Source: a virus (taxonomy: Duplodnaviria > Caudoviricetes). Taken from it: a stretch of 64,000 nucleotides of DNA. Where the stretch lies: IMG/VR virus record IMGVR_UViG_3300031555_004297, one strand, 5' to 3'. Of this stretch, positions 39,022 to 49,047 are shown one piece after another. Made by a program: the position numbers and the translations under genes. Position 1 is the stretch's first letter, and every line of letters starts with the position of its first letter. The notes beneath the pieces are model-generated. The model had not been told where the DNA came from. It did no database searches and was given only the letters and a program-made list of their open reading frames with translations.

Positions 39022-41724
39022 TTAATATCTCCAGATAATATTTCCTCTATTGTAATCGCTTACATTTTCATCATGCTTAAGAAGTATAACGTCTGATTCA
39101 TCAACTGGAAGTTCTGAGTTGTGCGATATCATAATACACTGCTCTACACCCATAATATCCATAATTTTATTAAGCACATCAATAAAATACATTCGATTGC
39201 TATAGTCTAAAGGGCCATCAATCTCATCGAGCTTAATAATATTATATTTACTGCTAGAATGGTGTAATAGTGCAAAACTCAATATCATTGAAATCATCCC
39301 TATCTGTGCAGAACTCATAGAAGATATATCGTCATTAATATACCCATTTCCAAGGCAAGGAATTCTAAATTCTGTCTCATTAATTACGAAGGGCTGTATT
39401 ACATATTGACCTTTAAACAATAAAGCAAGAAGCTCATTTGCTAATGCAATAATTTTTCCCATATATAATTCCATGAAAATCAACTGAATTCCTGTTGTCG
39501 GAGATGAATAAAACTTGATAGTTTCGATAAATTCATAATTCTGCTGAAGTTCGTCTCTTTCCTTAATATAATCTTTCATCATTTGCACAGAGTGAAGAGC
39601 TTTATCCCTCTCCTGCATCAGAGGTGCAAGTTTATACGTGCATTCTTGGATTTTCTTCTTAGCTTCCTCAGATCTTGTAATAGCTGCATTAATCTCATTC
39701 ATTTTTCTATTATTCTCTAATAGAATAGAACGGCATTTAGCTATTTGATCAGTAACAGGCTTGAGTTTATCTTGCTGTGCAAAAATCCCATCATAAACTC
39801 CCTCAAGTTCTTGAAGTTGAGCTATTCTGATCTCTCTATCAAGAATTCCTTCTTGAATTGGAGTAATCTTATCTGTAATAGAATCTATTGCTTCATGAAT
39901 TGCTGCAATATCTTCATTAAGAGATTTGATTATCTCAACCTTTCCTTCATATGATTTCATTTCAGCTAAATATTCTTTATAGATAGCTTCTGTCTGTTTA
40001 TAGATATCGAATAGGTTTGCAAGATCAATATATTTATATATCTCTCTCATATATTCGAAACTGTATCCATTAATAAGCCTTTCAAAGAATATAGGCTTGT
40101 CTTTAAACATTTCTCCATTGGGCATTTTGGAGAGAATAGCGCCATTCTTGTCCACTTCTCTTACAATCACAGCAAACTGATTTACCGCATTATTGAACTC
40201 GCAAGCACTATCTCCTTCTGTCAGTAATCCGAGCCTCTCAGCCTCCAATTCATAAATTAAAGCATCGAGATCATCTTTACGTTTTGTAGGATTGGTTTTA
40301 GAGAACTCTACAGCTTCTTTAATAAAAGGACATGCATCATTGACACAATCAGAGGGTCTTAATTCAAGTTGTCCAAGTAAAGACATTTTAGATAGAATTT
40401 GAACTTCTTCATTTTTAGCATTTGCAAGTCTTGCATCAATTGCTGTAGTTTCAAATAATCTAGGATTAATTCTTTCTGGAATCTTTCCTGTCGATACATA
40501 TTCAGAGACTATATTTTGTATAAGAACTAAATCATAGCTGGCTTTAAAATTCGAGATATATTGCTCGAGATCTTTTAAAGTCTCTAAGGCAAGAATATAT
40601 TCATCTTTACTGATATTCAAGAAATTAGTAATACCAGCCTGTTCAAACTGAAGCTCTATAGATTTAAGAAGATCTCTATATTCAGCAATCTTCTCTTGTA
40701 GACTGTCATAATCATGCTCACTCATAAGAGTCTTAAGGCGCTGAAGTTTTCTACTAAGTTCATCGGCCTCTGATTCCTTCTGACACATCAAAGAATCAAT
40801 AGAGTTTCTATCTATCTGATTTTGAATAATCAAAGAGTTCTTAGCATCAATTGTTTTCTTGTATCCAGCTTCTAAATCACTATCCACATTATTAGATTTT
40901 ATAAGACTTTCAATGATAGATCTGATCTTTGTAGAATCTTTTTCTGCTAACTCAAGTTCAGCAATTACAGTCGTATTTAGATTCTGAATAGACCTATCTG
41001 GATCGAGTAGCTGAATAGTAGACTGCTCTTTTGCAAGATCTGCCACAGCTTGATCTTTAGCATCTTGAATCGTATTAATCTTTGCTTCCAATGCAGCAAG
41101 ATTATCTGAGATTGTCTTCTCATCTCCAAGAATATTTAGTTTAGCAACAACAGCATTGATCATTGATTTAAAATTCGAAGATCTCTTGCTTAAGGTCTTA
41201 TAAATATTATTATAAGTTTCAAGTGATGAAATAATCGAGTTTACAAATCTTTTTCTATCAGCGGGGCGTTTGTCAGCTAAACCTCTATCTTCATTGCTCA
41301 ATTGAGATAGTGCTGAGAAGTTTGAATCTAGTCCTAATTCATTATAAAGAATGTCTTTATAAGACGTTACATTTCCATTTTCATTAAGCTCAACCGCTTG
41401 ACCCATAAAGGTCTTAGTAATATAAGCTTTTGTATTATCTCGTTCTCCATTCGATTTCACATTATGAATGAATACGAGCTTGTATAGCGTTTCTCCATCT
41501 TGGAGAATAATTTCTTTTCGAGCCGGCAATCCAGGAATAAATGAATCACTAGGATCTGGAAATAGGCTCATTGCTTTAGATAAAGTTGATTTACCACTAC
41601 CATTATCTCCACGGATAATGGTAATTCTATTTCTACATTTTGTCATATCGATATGGATCTCAGAAAGTCCCATACCATTATAAATACCAATATAGTTAGA
41701 GAGGTAAATAGACACAAATTTCAT
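39022..41724 (-). CDS. SbcC/Rad50-like SMC-family ATPase
   Basis: GDNGSGKST Walker A, long coiled coil with central C..DACP hook, MSSAQ signature, LDEIDG Walker B, ISH loop. Confidence 0.9.
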   Translation of the reverse strand: MKFVSIYLSNYIGIYNGMGLSEIHIDMTKCRNRITIIRGDNGSGKSTLSKAMSLFPDPSDSFIPGLPARKEIILQDGETLYKLVFIHNVKSNGERDNTKAYITKTFMGQAVELNENGNVTSYKDILYNELGLDSNFSALSQLSNEDRGLADKRPADRKRFVNSIISSLETYNNIYKTLSKRSSNFKSMINAVVAKLNILGDEKTISDNLAALEAKINTIQDAKDQAVADLAKEQSTIQLLDPDRSIQNLNTTVIAELELAEKDSTKIRSIIESLIKSNNVDSDLEAGYKKTIDAKNSLIIQNQIDRNSIDSLMCQKESEADELSRKLQRLKTLMSEHDYDSLQEKIAEYRDLLKSIELQFEQAGITNFLNISKDEYILALETLKDLEQYISNFKASYDLVLIQNIVSEYVSTGKIPERINPRLFETTAIDARLANAKNEEVQILSKMSLLGQLELRPSDCVNDACPFIKEAVEFSKTNPTKRKDDLDALIYELEAERLGLLTEGDSACEFNNAVNQFAVIVREVDKNGAILSKMPNGEMFKDKPIFFERLINGYSFEYMREIYKYIDLANLFDIYKQTEAIYKEYLAEMKSYEGKVEIIKSLNEDIAAIHEAIDSITDKITPIQEGILDREIRIAQLQELEGVYDGIFAQQDKLKPVTDQIAKCRSILLENNRKMNEINAAITRSEEAKKKIQECTYKLAPLMQERDKALHSVQMMKDYIKERDELQQNYEFIETIKFYSSPTTGIQLIFMELYMGKIIALANELLALLFKGQYVIQPFVINETEFRIPCLGNGYINDDISSMSSAQIGMISMILSFALLHHSSSKYNIIKLDEIDGPLDYSNRMYFIDVLNKIMDIMGVEQCIMISHNSELPVDESDVILLKHDENVSDYNRGNIIWRY

Positions 41725-41836
41725 TTTGCCACCTCCTAAACACCTCTTATTAGGTAGTTCTGGGAACGTTATATCTATAAAAATTTATATTTAATAGAAA
41801 AATCCACTATCCCTTTCGAGGGATAGTGGATTATTT

Positions 41837-42172
41837 TTAATATCCTTCGGCAAATTCTGCAAAGAATCTATTTGTACGAAAAGTATCTCTAAGAGGTACT
41901 GGAAATCCCATAGTCCAATCTATAACAAATTCCTTTTGACAGGATCTGCATTTCATAAACCTGATTTCGTACTTATTAAAGTGTACATCGTATCCTTGCA
42001 AGTATGCTTCTACAGCTTCTGAATATCCTTGAGGATAATTATTAAAGCTATATAATTCAATGCGTCTTGCTTTACAATGAGGACACAAATCGTAGCGTTC
42101 GGTGACCACTAACGGATCAATAAGATTCTCTGCGGTAGCTCTACCGACAGTTTGTTCAAACGGAACCGCCAT
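41837..42172 (-). CDS. Zinc-ribbon protein
   Basis: CPHC...CRSC. Confidence 0.75.
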   Translation of the reverse strand: MAVPFEQTVGRATAENLIDPLVVTERYDLCPHCKARRIELYSFNNYPQGYSEAVEAYLQGYDVHFNKYEIRFMKCRSCQKEFVIDWTMGFPVPLRDTFRTNRFFAEFAEGY

Positions 42173-42189
42173 ATAACCACCGCCTTTCT

Positions 42190-42867
42190 TTAGCTAAGAG
42201 CTCTATCTTTCTTAGCAGTCTTAAAGAGCTCAATAGAACTACTGCAGGATACAGCATTGAAGACTTTCCAGGGCTCATCTGAATATCTTCCAGCACTCAT
42301 TGATTCAAGAATTGTATTGACATCTGTATCTTCTGTTGCAATAAGCTTATCTTTAATAATCTGCTCAAAAATACCCCAGTCAAGAGCATTGGGCATTGTA
42401 GAGCCAATATGATGGAATGCCACATAAAGCGGAATTACACGAAGATACATTGAATACGGATTATTTCTTGCAAAACTAAGATCATTATATAACGGATCTT
42501 GAGAAACAATTACATCCATATCTTTATAAATCTGACGGATGTATTTTGTAGCAGATTCAATATCCGAAATCTTAAAAATGTCTTCAGTAAATGTGTCAAT
42601 ATATACCAATCCTTTGTAATCTGCCATTACTCCTGTTTTTAATGGCTTATGCCCATCATCTCCAATAAGAGTAATAATATTATTAACAGGATTAAAATTT
42701 GTATTTAGATGCGTTCTATATACATCAAATAATGCAATTTTTCTGTTAAATGCCTCATGATACAGACCTCTGATTGGATCAACTACATGGCCCGGTGCAG
42801 GAGATTCTGTAATGAGTTTATCGAAATGAACTTTTAAGTTTCCATACTTATGATACATAAAATTCAC
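42190..42867 (-). CDS. Hypothetical protein
   Basis: 225 aa, overlapping stop/start in operon. Confidence 0.75.
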   Translation of the reverse strand: MNFMYHKYGNLKVHFDKLITESPAPGHVVDPIRGLYHEAFNRKIALFDVYRTHLNTNFNPVNNIITLIGDDGHKPLKTGVMADYKGLVYIDTFTEDIFKISDIESATKYIRQIYKDMDVIVSQDPLYNDLSFARNNPYSMYLRVIPLYVAFHHIGSTMPNALDWGIFEQIIKDKLIATEDTDVNTILESMSAGRYSDEPWKVFNAVSCSSSIELFKTAKKDRALS

Positions 42868-43208
42868 TCCTTATCTATGGCAAAAGGATTTTTACCTCCA
42901 GCCTTTTCATTTATTTTCCGAACTCTTTCAGCAGCTTCTGCTCTGAGTTCTCCATTCTTAATGATGAGGGCGGATCTTCCATAAGGAATATATCCGCCTC
43001 CCCATCTTACCATACGGATTTGATTTCCACAGTGCGTACAGATCGCTTTGCATTTAATGCTAGTCTCATCACTAATAGGAATTCCATCAGGATTCAGCTC
43101 CATTACAGTAATTTCAGAATCTGCTACACATAAAGGGCCTGAGCAAATAGGACAGCCACCAGGCCCATGAAATATCATTGGTTCGAGAAGTGTATCTTTA
43201 TTATCCAT
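42864..43208 (-). CDS. Zinc-ribbon protein with LLEPMIF motif
   Basis: CPIC...CTHC. Confidence 0.75.
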   Translation of the reverse strand: MDNKDTLLEPMIFHGPGGCPICSGPLCVADSEITVMELNPDGIPISDETSIKCKAICTHCGNQIRMVRWGGGYIPYGRSALIIKNGELRAEAAERVRKINEKAGGKNPFAIDKE

Positions 43209-43210
43209 AA

Positions 43211-43438
43211 TTATCTCCCTTCTGGTAGGGTATATCTCATGGTAGTAGGATCACCCTCGGCAACAATTTTTACATCACTATAACGAGAAGTTGGTTTTGA
43301 TGAAAGTTCTGTAAATGGTTTCTTTATGCCATTAACAATCACGTGACCAACCATAAACTTTTTACCCATTTTTGCCTCTATATCTTTACGCAATCTATAT
43401 TGCTCAGCAGAGTACAAAAAGTATTTAGTCTGTGCCAT
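43211..43438 (-). CDS. Small basic hypothetical protein
   Basis: ATG 43438 after GGAGG, 75 aa. Confidence 0.65.
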   Translation of the reverse strand: MAQTKYFLYSAEQYRLRKDIEAKMGKKFMVGHVIVNGIKKPFTELSSKPTSRYSDVKIVAEGDPTTMRYTLPEGR

Positions 43439-45206
43439 AATCGTCATCTTCCTCCATTTCAATAATCTCACCTTGATCTGCATTAATTACTGGTTTAATA
43501 ATTTGTTGCATCGTTGAGATTATTTCGGAGGTCATCTTAATATCCTCTTGACGATCGTGACCAAGCACTCTTTCTTCAAAGATAAGAGCATCTTTAAGAT
43601 TGTGTGCTTGTTTATATTCGTCCATAAGAGCCATAAACTCTTGCTCCCATGAATTAGGTTCCTGATATTCATCAAAGAAACCATCATAGTTTGGAGCGAA
43701 AGGACAAAGTGTTCCAGTAATACCAGGATTGCCGTCGCTCGATGCATCAAGGTCGACTCTTCCTACATGACTGGGATGAATGGATCTATAGATATCGGGA
43801 ATAGAGTTATTAGATCCCTCGCCAAGGCCCGAGACACCTTTATATGTGTATTTCAAAGCCTGCATGGAATCCATATCATTTACCATATTTCTATAAGATA
43901 CCATTTTAGATTTTGTAATAGCCACAAGCAAGTAGTTCGGATCGGTACGAATAGCCTTACGAATACTCATAATTGTAGCTTTCTTATTCATATCAGAAAC
44001 TCTGTAGATACCTCTTGCAATCTTAAATGCATAAAGAGAAGCAATATATTCAGCGAATCTGATTCTCTTCCATCTAATATCAAGATTGTCTTTCATACGA
44101 AGAGCGTTAAACTCTCGCATAATCCATCTTAAAATATGATAGGTGGTTTCCTTATCTTCCATAGGAAGCTTGATTGAATCTCTTGTACTGATATCATAAA
44201 TAGACTCGAAAGAATCAAGAATACTAATACCTTTATCAAGAGTATCTGGGGTGCTATCGTCTTCAGGGTCGTAAATAGCGATCATACGTTCTGCTCCACC
44301 ACCACTAAATTCAGCACCAAGGCTTCTAAGCCAATAAAGATCTGTAAAATATTCCTCAAAAGCAATACCTTCAATAATACTTCCACAAAGAGTAATAACT
44401 ACAGACTGTAAAAGTACATTTCTATCAAGAAGATATCTGGGAGTGCTTAAGAATGCTCCATCATGAATACGGAATGTATACATATCTGGATCATGAGGAT
44501 TATTTCTAGTAAGGTAGATTGCTCCTTCAAGTCCAAAGAATCTCAATCCACCATAAAATCCGAATTTAGCAAAGATATACTTTGCCGCAGGAATACCTTT
44601 ATTAAAGATTCTAGAATGATAATATGTCAGTCTAAGGTCTTCACCTTCGGTTGTTTGAATCATATTATAATATCTAGTAACTCTAACAGCCATAAAGATT
44701 ATCTTAAGAGTAATGCTAGGCACTTTTGCATTCGAGGTTCCATTGTTATAGGTACTTCCATCAACAATTTGGAATAGGGTTGAACGCATGATACCATTGA
44801 TCTTAAAATAATATTTATCTACAACTTTAGGAATAGCAATAAGGACATCAAGATACGTATCCTCAGCTCTATCCTTAATATAATACGTAACCTTTACAAG
44901 ACGAATACAAGATTCATTAAGATTAATGCATCCATATTGGTTGTCACGCTTCTTGGTTTTGGATTTATTCTTAGTAAGGTCTTCATAATAATTATAAAGC
45001 ATCTCATTAATTCTGTCATAATCATCAATAACCTCATAAGAATGAACCTTAATCGTAAAATACTGATTTTCTCTCTGACAAGAGTAGATGACATTCATAA
45101 GTTCAGTTACAATTTCATCTTCATCTCGTCTGAAATACATAGGGTTGAATTTAGGCCTATTTTGATCGATGAACATCGCCATCGCTTGTCTCTGATTCAT
45201 CATCAT
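43425..45206 (-). CDS. Phage RNA polymerase beta subunit, N-terminal half (probably non-virion RNAP)
   Basis: IPK...YFKING, RSIHPSHVGRVDLDASSDGNPG similar to [23 protein letters not shown] of RpoB. Confidence 0.85.
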   Translation of the reverse strand: MMMNQRQAMAMFIDQNRPKFNPMYFRRDEDEIVTELMNVIYSCQRENQYFTIKVHSYEVIDDYDRINEMLYNYYEDLTKNKSKTKKRDNQYGCINLNESCIRLVKVTYYIKDRAEDTYLDVLIAIPKVVDKYYFKINGIMRSTLFQIVDGSTYNNGTSNAKVPSITLKIIFMAVRVTRYYNMIQTTEGEDLRLTYYHSRIFNKGIPAAKYIFAKFGFYGGLRFFGLEGAIYLTRNNPHDPDMYTFRIHDGAFLSTPRYLLDRNVLLQSVVITLCGSIIEGIAFEEYFTDLYWLRSLGAEFSGGGAERMIAIYDPEDDSTPDTLDKGISILDSFESIYDISTRDSIKLPMEDKETTYHILRWIMREFNALRMKDNLDIRWKRIRFAEYIASLYAFKIARGIYRVSDMNKKATIMSIRKAIRTDPNYLLVAITKSKMVSYRNMVNDMDSMQALKYTYKGVSGLGEGSNNSIPDIYRSIHPSHVGRVDLDASSDGNPGITGTLCPFAPNYDGFFDEYQEPNSWEQEFMALMDEYKQAHNLKDALIFEERVLGHDRQEDIKMTSEIISTMQQIIKPVINADQGEIIEMEEDDDYGTD

Positions 45207-45209
45207 AGC

Positions 45210-45848
45210 TTATTCCTCCTCATCTACTGTAGCAGTCTCTCCAGTTAATTCAACTGTAATAGACTTTCCAATAGGATTCGGTACATCACCAGATGCATCT
45301 TCGATTGTAATAGTTGCCTTAATATCAAGAGCATTACAAATAGATCTGAGTTTGCCAAATGTAATGCTATTTTTCTTGAGAAGACGCTTATCATTATTAT
45401 AATTAGGACCAAATCTAGGTTCATACTTATCAAGATCGATATGCTTCTCAATAACTGCTTCTTTTAATGCTTTCATCTCAGGAGTATCATTCTCTTTAAT
45501 CTCCGGAGCGAATACATTATCAATTGTCGTTAGGACAGTTCTTTCAGCACTTGCAAGTCTCTGCTGAGTCATAATAATTTCTCTGAGATTTGTTGCATCT
45601 CTGAAATTAATTACATTCTGCTGGCTATAGAGACTGGCCTCTCCATATGTCGGAGGCTTAAAGAAATCTAATGCGCCAGTCGGATAGAATCCAGGACGAG
45701 AATCCGTTCTAGTTCTAATTGGATAAATATATCCATCATCTCCCTTAATAGCTGTATATGAATTCCAGCCATTGGGGTTTTGATAGAATTCATCTATAGT
45801 TATAACATCATAGATGACGTCTTCTATCTTTGCCTTTTCTAAAGACAT
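45210..45848 (-). CDS. Hypothetical protein with C-terminal XRE-like HTH
   Basis: RLLKKNSITFGKLRSICNALDIKATITI; ATG 45848 after AAGGAGG. Confidence 0.7.
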   Translation of the reverse strand: MSLEKAKIEDVIYDVITIDEFYQNPNGWNSYTAIKGDDGYIYPIRTRTDSRPGFYPTGALDFFKPPTYGEASLYSQQNVINFRDATNLREIIMTQQRLASAERTVLTTIDNVFAPEIKENDTPEMKALKEAVIEKHIDLDKYEPRFGPNYNNDKRLLKKNSITFGKLRSICNALDIKATITIEDASGDVPNPIGKSITVELTGETATVDEEE

Positions 45849-45924
45849 AATTTCATCCTCCTTATAAATACTAAAAATAAACCGGATGGCGTAAACCATC
45901 CGGTTTACACCCGGAGTGATTTAG

Positions 45925-46536
45925 TTACAGTGCAGCATCATTCTTAATGATCTGCTTAATGTACTCTCCAGGTACGATCGACATAACCTTTACACCACTT
46001 TCAATCGCTACAGAAGCGGTAAAGACGCCACGAAGATTTACCGTGACTTCTTCGGTCTCGTTTGCATTTACATCGAGGAAACTAACAATGGTATCAATAA
46101 GAGTATTGAATACCTGATACATGAGTTCTGTACTACGGAAACGGCCATAGCAGATATTGCTTGCCTCATTACCTGCACAACGTACGAAGACATCGCTATG
46201 ATTGTCAACAACCACATCAAGGTCAGTCATATCAGACTCATCAAGAGTCATCTGCAGATACCAGTTTCCGGAATCTTCTTCGGAGCCCTCTTCAGGCTTC
46301 GTGTAAACGAGAATTGCACCAAGCTTAAAATTGCCCTTCTCATCTTTCATAATCATACCAACACGCTCAGTGTCTTTGGTCTGATGAAGTTTCAGTGTGT
46401 CAGCAATTGCTGCGAACATTGCTCTGCACAAATCAGCAGTACGGGTATCCACCCAAAGCATGCCAAAATTGTCCTTCAGGTTCATCGAGTACTGGCTGGG
46501 AATGCTTGTCTGTTCGAATTCAAATGTTTTGCTCAT
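45925..46536 (-). CDS. Acidic hypothetical protein with HU/IHF-like C-terminal pattern
   Basis: ATG 46536 after GGAGG; early-type promoter 46602-46618. Confidence 0.7.
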   Translation of the reverse strand: MSKTFEFEQTSIPSQYSMNLKDNFGMLWVDTRTADLCRAMFAAIADTLKLHQTKDTERVGMIMKDEKGNFKLGAILVYTKPEEGSEEDSGNWYLQMTLDESDMTDLDVVVDNHSDVFVRCAGNEASNICYGRFRSTELMYQVFNTLIDTIVSFLDVNANETEEVTVNLRGVFTASVAIESGVKVMSIVPGEYIKQIIKNDAAL

Positions 46537-46650
46537 GGTAAAATTTATCCTCCATTTTTCTTTATAATAAAAGCCTCCCAATGAGCTTGAGAGGCTTTGT
46601 ATTACTTTTATAATATGTGATTAATAGAAAGTTTAACTCGTTGTAAACTT

Positions 46651-48945
46651 TTACAAAATATATTTGTCTGGATTTAGCTTGAATGCAGCCATGTCTACTA
46701 TAATTGTTTGATCTCCAACTTTATTAGTTTTAGAGCTGGTAAAGCCTTCATAAGGAACAACCAAGATATCTGTATTCTTTGTAACTCCAGCATCACCTCT
46801 AGCATCACAACCTCTAGAGGTAAGATATTGTGTCAATTGATCATCTGGGCGACATCCTGTATATCTGATAATCTTTCCAAATTTCATTCCATAAGAAATT
46901 ACTATATTGGGAAGATTAATAATCTCAGAAATATCATCAGCAAGATCTCTTCTCTCAGAAACTATCGTTTTAGCTGTAACTCCTCCAATACCTTTAATTG
47001 CAATCAATTCGCAATACAAGCTATTATCATCCATAACTACAAGCTTATTGAACGGAATCTCATTGAGAATCTTTTTCCATGTTTCGATAGCGATTCCTGT
47101 AAATCCAATAGATCCCATTAATTCATAATCCTTAATAGGTGTTGACTTTACAGCATTGATTCTATCTAAAAGTTTTTCTGCAGTTGTAGGTCCTAGTTTC
47201 TTTACGTCTTCATAAGTGTAATTCAGAAGCTCTGTTAAACTTTGAGTTCCTAATTCTCTGAAAGTACTTTCTCCGAAGTCTTTCAAATTAAGTTTAGACA
47301 TCATGTTTGTCATTCTCTGAATCGTTCTTTCAGGACATTTCTTATTAGGACAAATTGCAGATTTACCAGATTCATTGATTACAATTTCAGCTCCGCAGAA
47401 TGGACAATTAGTAGGAAATGGTACCGGTTCTCCAGGATTATTGAAATTGTGATCCACTGGTGGTTTTGTTACATATGGCATTACATCATTCGTATATTCG
47501 ACTTGAATAATATCTCCGATCTTTAGTCCAAGATCCATAAATCTTTTATATGAATGACCACTAGACTTAGTATGAATCGTCCCAATAAATTCTACTGGTG
47601 TATAATGAATCATTGGCGTCACAACTCCGTCTTGTCCAACAGTAAAGGTATAGCCTGTAAAGATCGCTTCTCTAGATAGAGGATTGAACTTGATTGCCAT
47701 ACTATACTTATTAATTGAGTTTTCTCTTCCAAGTGCTTTGATAATTTCAGGATCTCTATAGGATATGACTACACCATCATACATAAATGGTAGTACATTT
47801 CTCATAGCTTCTGCTTCTTTAACAAATTTATATACCTGGAAAAGAATTTCTGTATAGGTTCCACTTAGAATTGCATACTTAAGATATACACCAGAATGGT
47901 AATATTTATTAAGAAACTCAATCTCAGTGACCCTATCAATATCTTCGATAGAAGTTGCAAGAGGAACAAGTGTAATAAGATCTCTATAGTCATAAGCATC
48001 AGATGATCCTAGAAGACCAGTCATACCATTTCTACTATTCTTATAAGCTTTTCCTCTTAATCTACCCATTTTATCGAGGTTTTCATAAGTCATGATAGCC
48101 TCAAATTTCATTCCGAAAGCTTCTGTAGCTGGTATCTCAGGAGCATAGGGAAATACATAGCCGCCAAGTACTTCAGTCATATCAGCAGCTATATCTGCAT
48201 TTGCATCACCTCTAGATCTTGCACTCAAGATCTTATTAGTAACATCAGCTTCGACAGATACTCCATCATATTTAAGCTCTGCGATAAGCTCAAATGGAGT
48301 AGTCATGTCAATAAGACCCATTTGAAGATGCTTGCCTAAGAAATCTCTTTCAAATATCTTGACGTTGTCATCATCAAATACATCTTTTTCCATTGCTTCT
48401 TTATTTAATGTAAACTTACACTTATCAAGCGATCCAACAAGTTTAGGATACATGTGAGGCACATTTACATTCTTTTTAGCAATCACTTTACCAGAATTTC
48501 TATCAATATCCTGATACAATTTCAGATCGATAGGTGGAGCTTTAATAAGATCATCATAATATAAACTACCATCTAAAAACTTCTGAGGTTCGTCCATAAA
48601 TATCATAGGTTCAATAAATTCTCCAGACTTTGTTTCCTCACCATTCTGATTAAATCGAATGACTGGAGATCCTACTTGGAATTGTTTATCATACTGCTTG
48701 TATTTCTCAAGCAAAAGATCATATACTCCATCATCTAGAAAGAGTACAGACCTATCTGTATTATTGTAGACAATTTGACTGATCATAATAATGGTGCTTG
48801 CACACATCTGATCATATTCATCTAAAACTGGTCTATTCAATAGACTTATAGCATAATCAGAAACCTTAATAATATTATTAGAAGACAGGCATGATAAGTC
48901 GGCCTCCATTAATTGATTAAGGATTCTTTTTAGTAATTCATGCAT
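46651..48945 (-). CDS. ligA: NAD-dependent DNA ligase
   Basis: ELKYDGVS, SRGD, YDGVVI, AIKF, OB fold TVGQDGVVTP, CPFC..CPNKKC Zn finger, HhH, BRCT-like C-terminus. Confidence 0.93.
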   Translation of the reverse strand: MHELLKRILNQLMEADLSCLSSNNIIKVSDYAISLLNRPVLDEYDQMCASTIIMISQIVYNNTDRSVLFLDDGVYDLLLEKYKQYDKQFQVGSPVIRFNQNGEETKSGEFIEPMIFMDEPQKFLDGSLYYDDLIKAPPIDLKLYQDIDRNSGKVIAKKNVNVPHMYPKLVGSLDKCKFTLNKEAMEKDVFDDDNVKIFERDFLGKHLQMGLIDMTTPFELIAELKYDGVSVEADVTNKILSARSRGDANADIAADMTEVLGGYVFPYAPEIPATEAFGMKFEAIMTYENLDKMGRLRGKAYKNSRNGMTGLLGSSDAYDYRDLITLVPLATSIEDIDRVTEIEFLNKYYHSGVYLKYAILSGTYTEILFQVYKFVKEAEAMRNVLPFMYDGVVISYRDPEIIKALGRENSINKYSMAIKFNPLSREAIFTGYTFTVGQDGVVTPMIHYTPVEFIGTIHTKSSGHSYKRFMDLGLKIGDIIQVEYTNDVMPYVTKPPVDHNFNNPGEPVPFPTNCPFCGAEIVINESGKSAICPNKKCPERTIQRMTNMMSKLNLKDFGESTFRELGTQSLTELLNYTYEDVKKLGPTTAEKLLDRINAVKSTPIKDYELMGSIGFTGIAIETWKKILNEIPFNKLVVMDDNSLYCELIAIKGIGGVTAKTIVSERRDLADDISEIINLPNIVISYGMKFGKIIRYTGCRPDDQLTQYLTSRGCDARGDAGVTKNTDILVVPYEGFTSSKTNKVGDQTIIVDMAAFKLNPDKYIL

Positions 48946-49047
48946 AAAATATTCTCCTTTCTTTTTATCAAAGGAATAATATATAATCTAAAAATAAATT
49001 GTCGTAGAAAGTGGCATAGAGGCATGACACCTCTATGCCATTTACGG

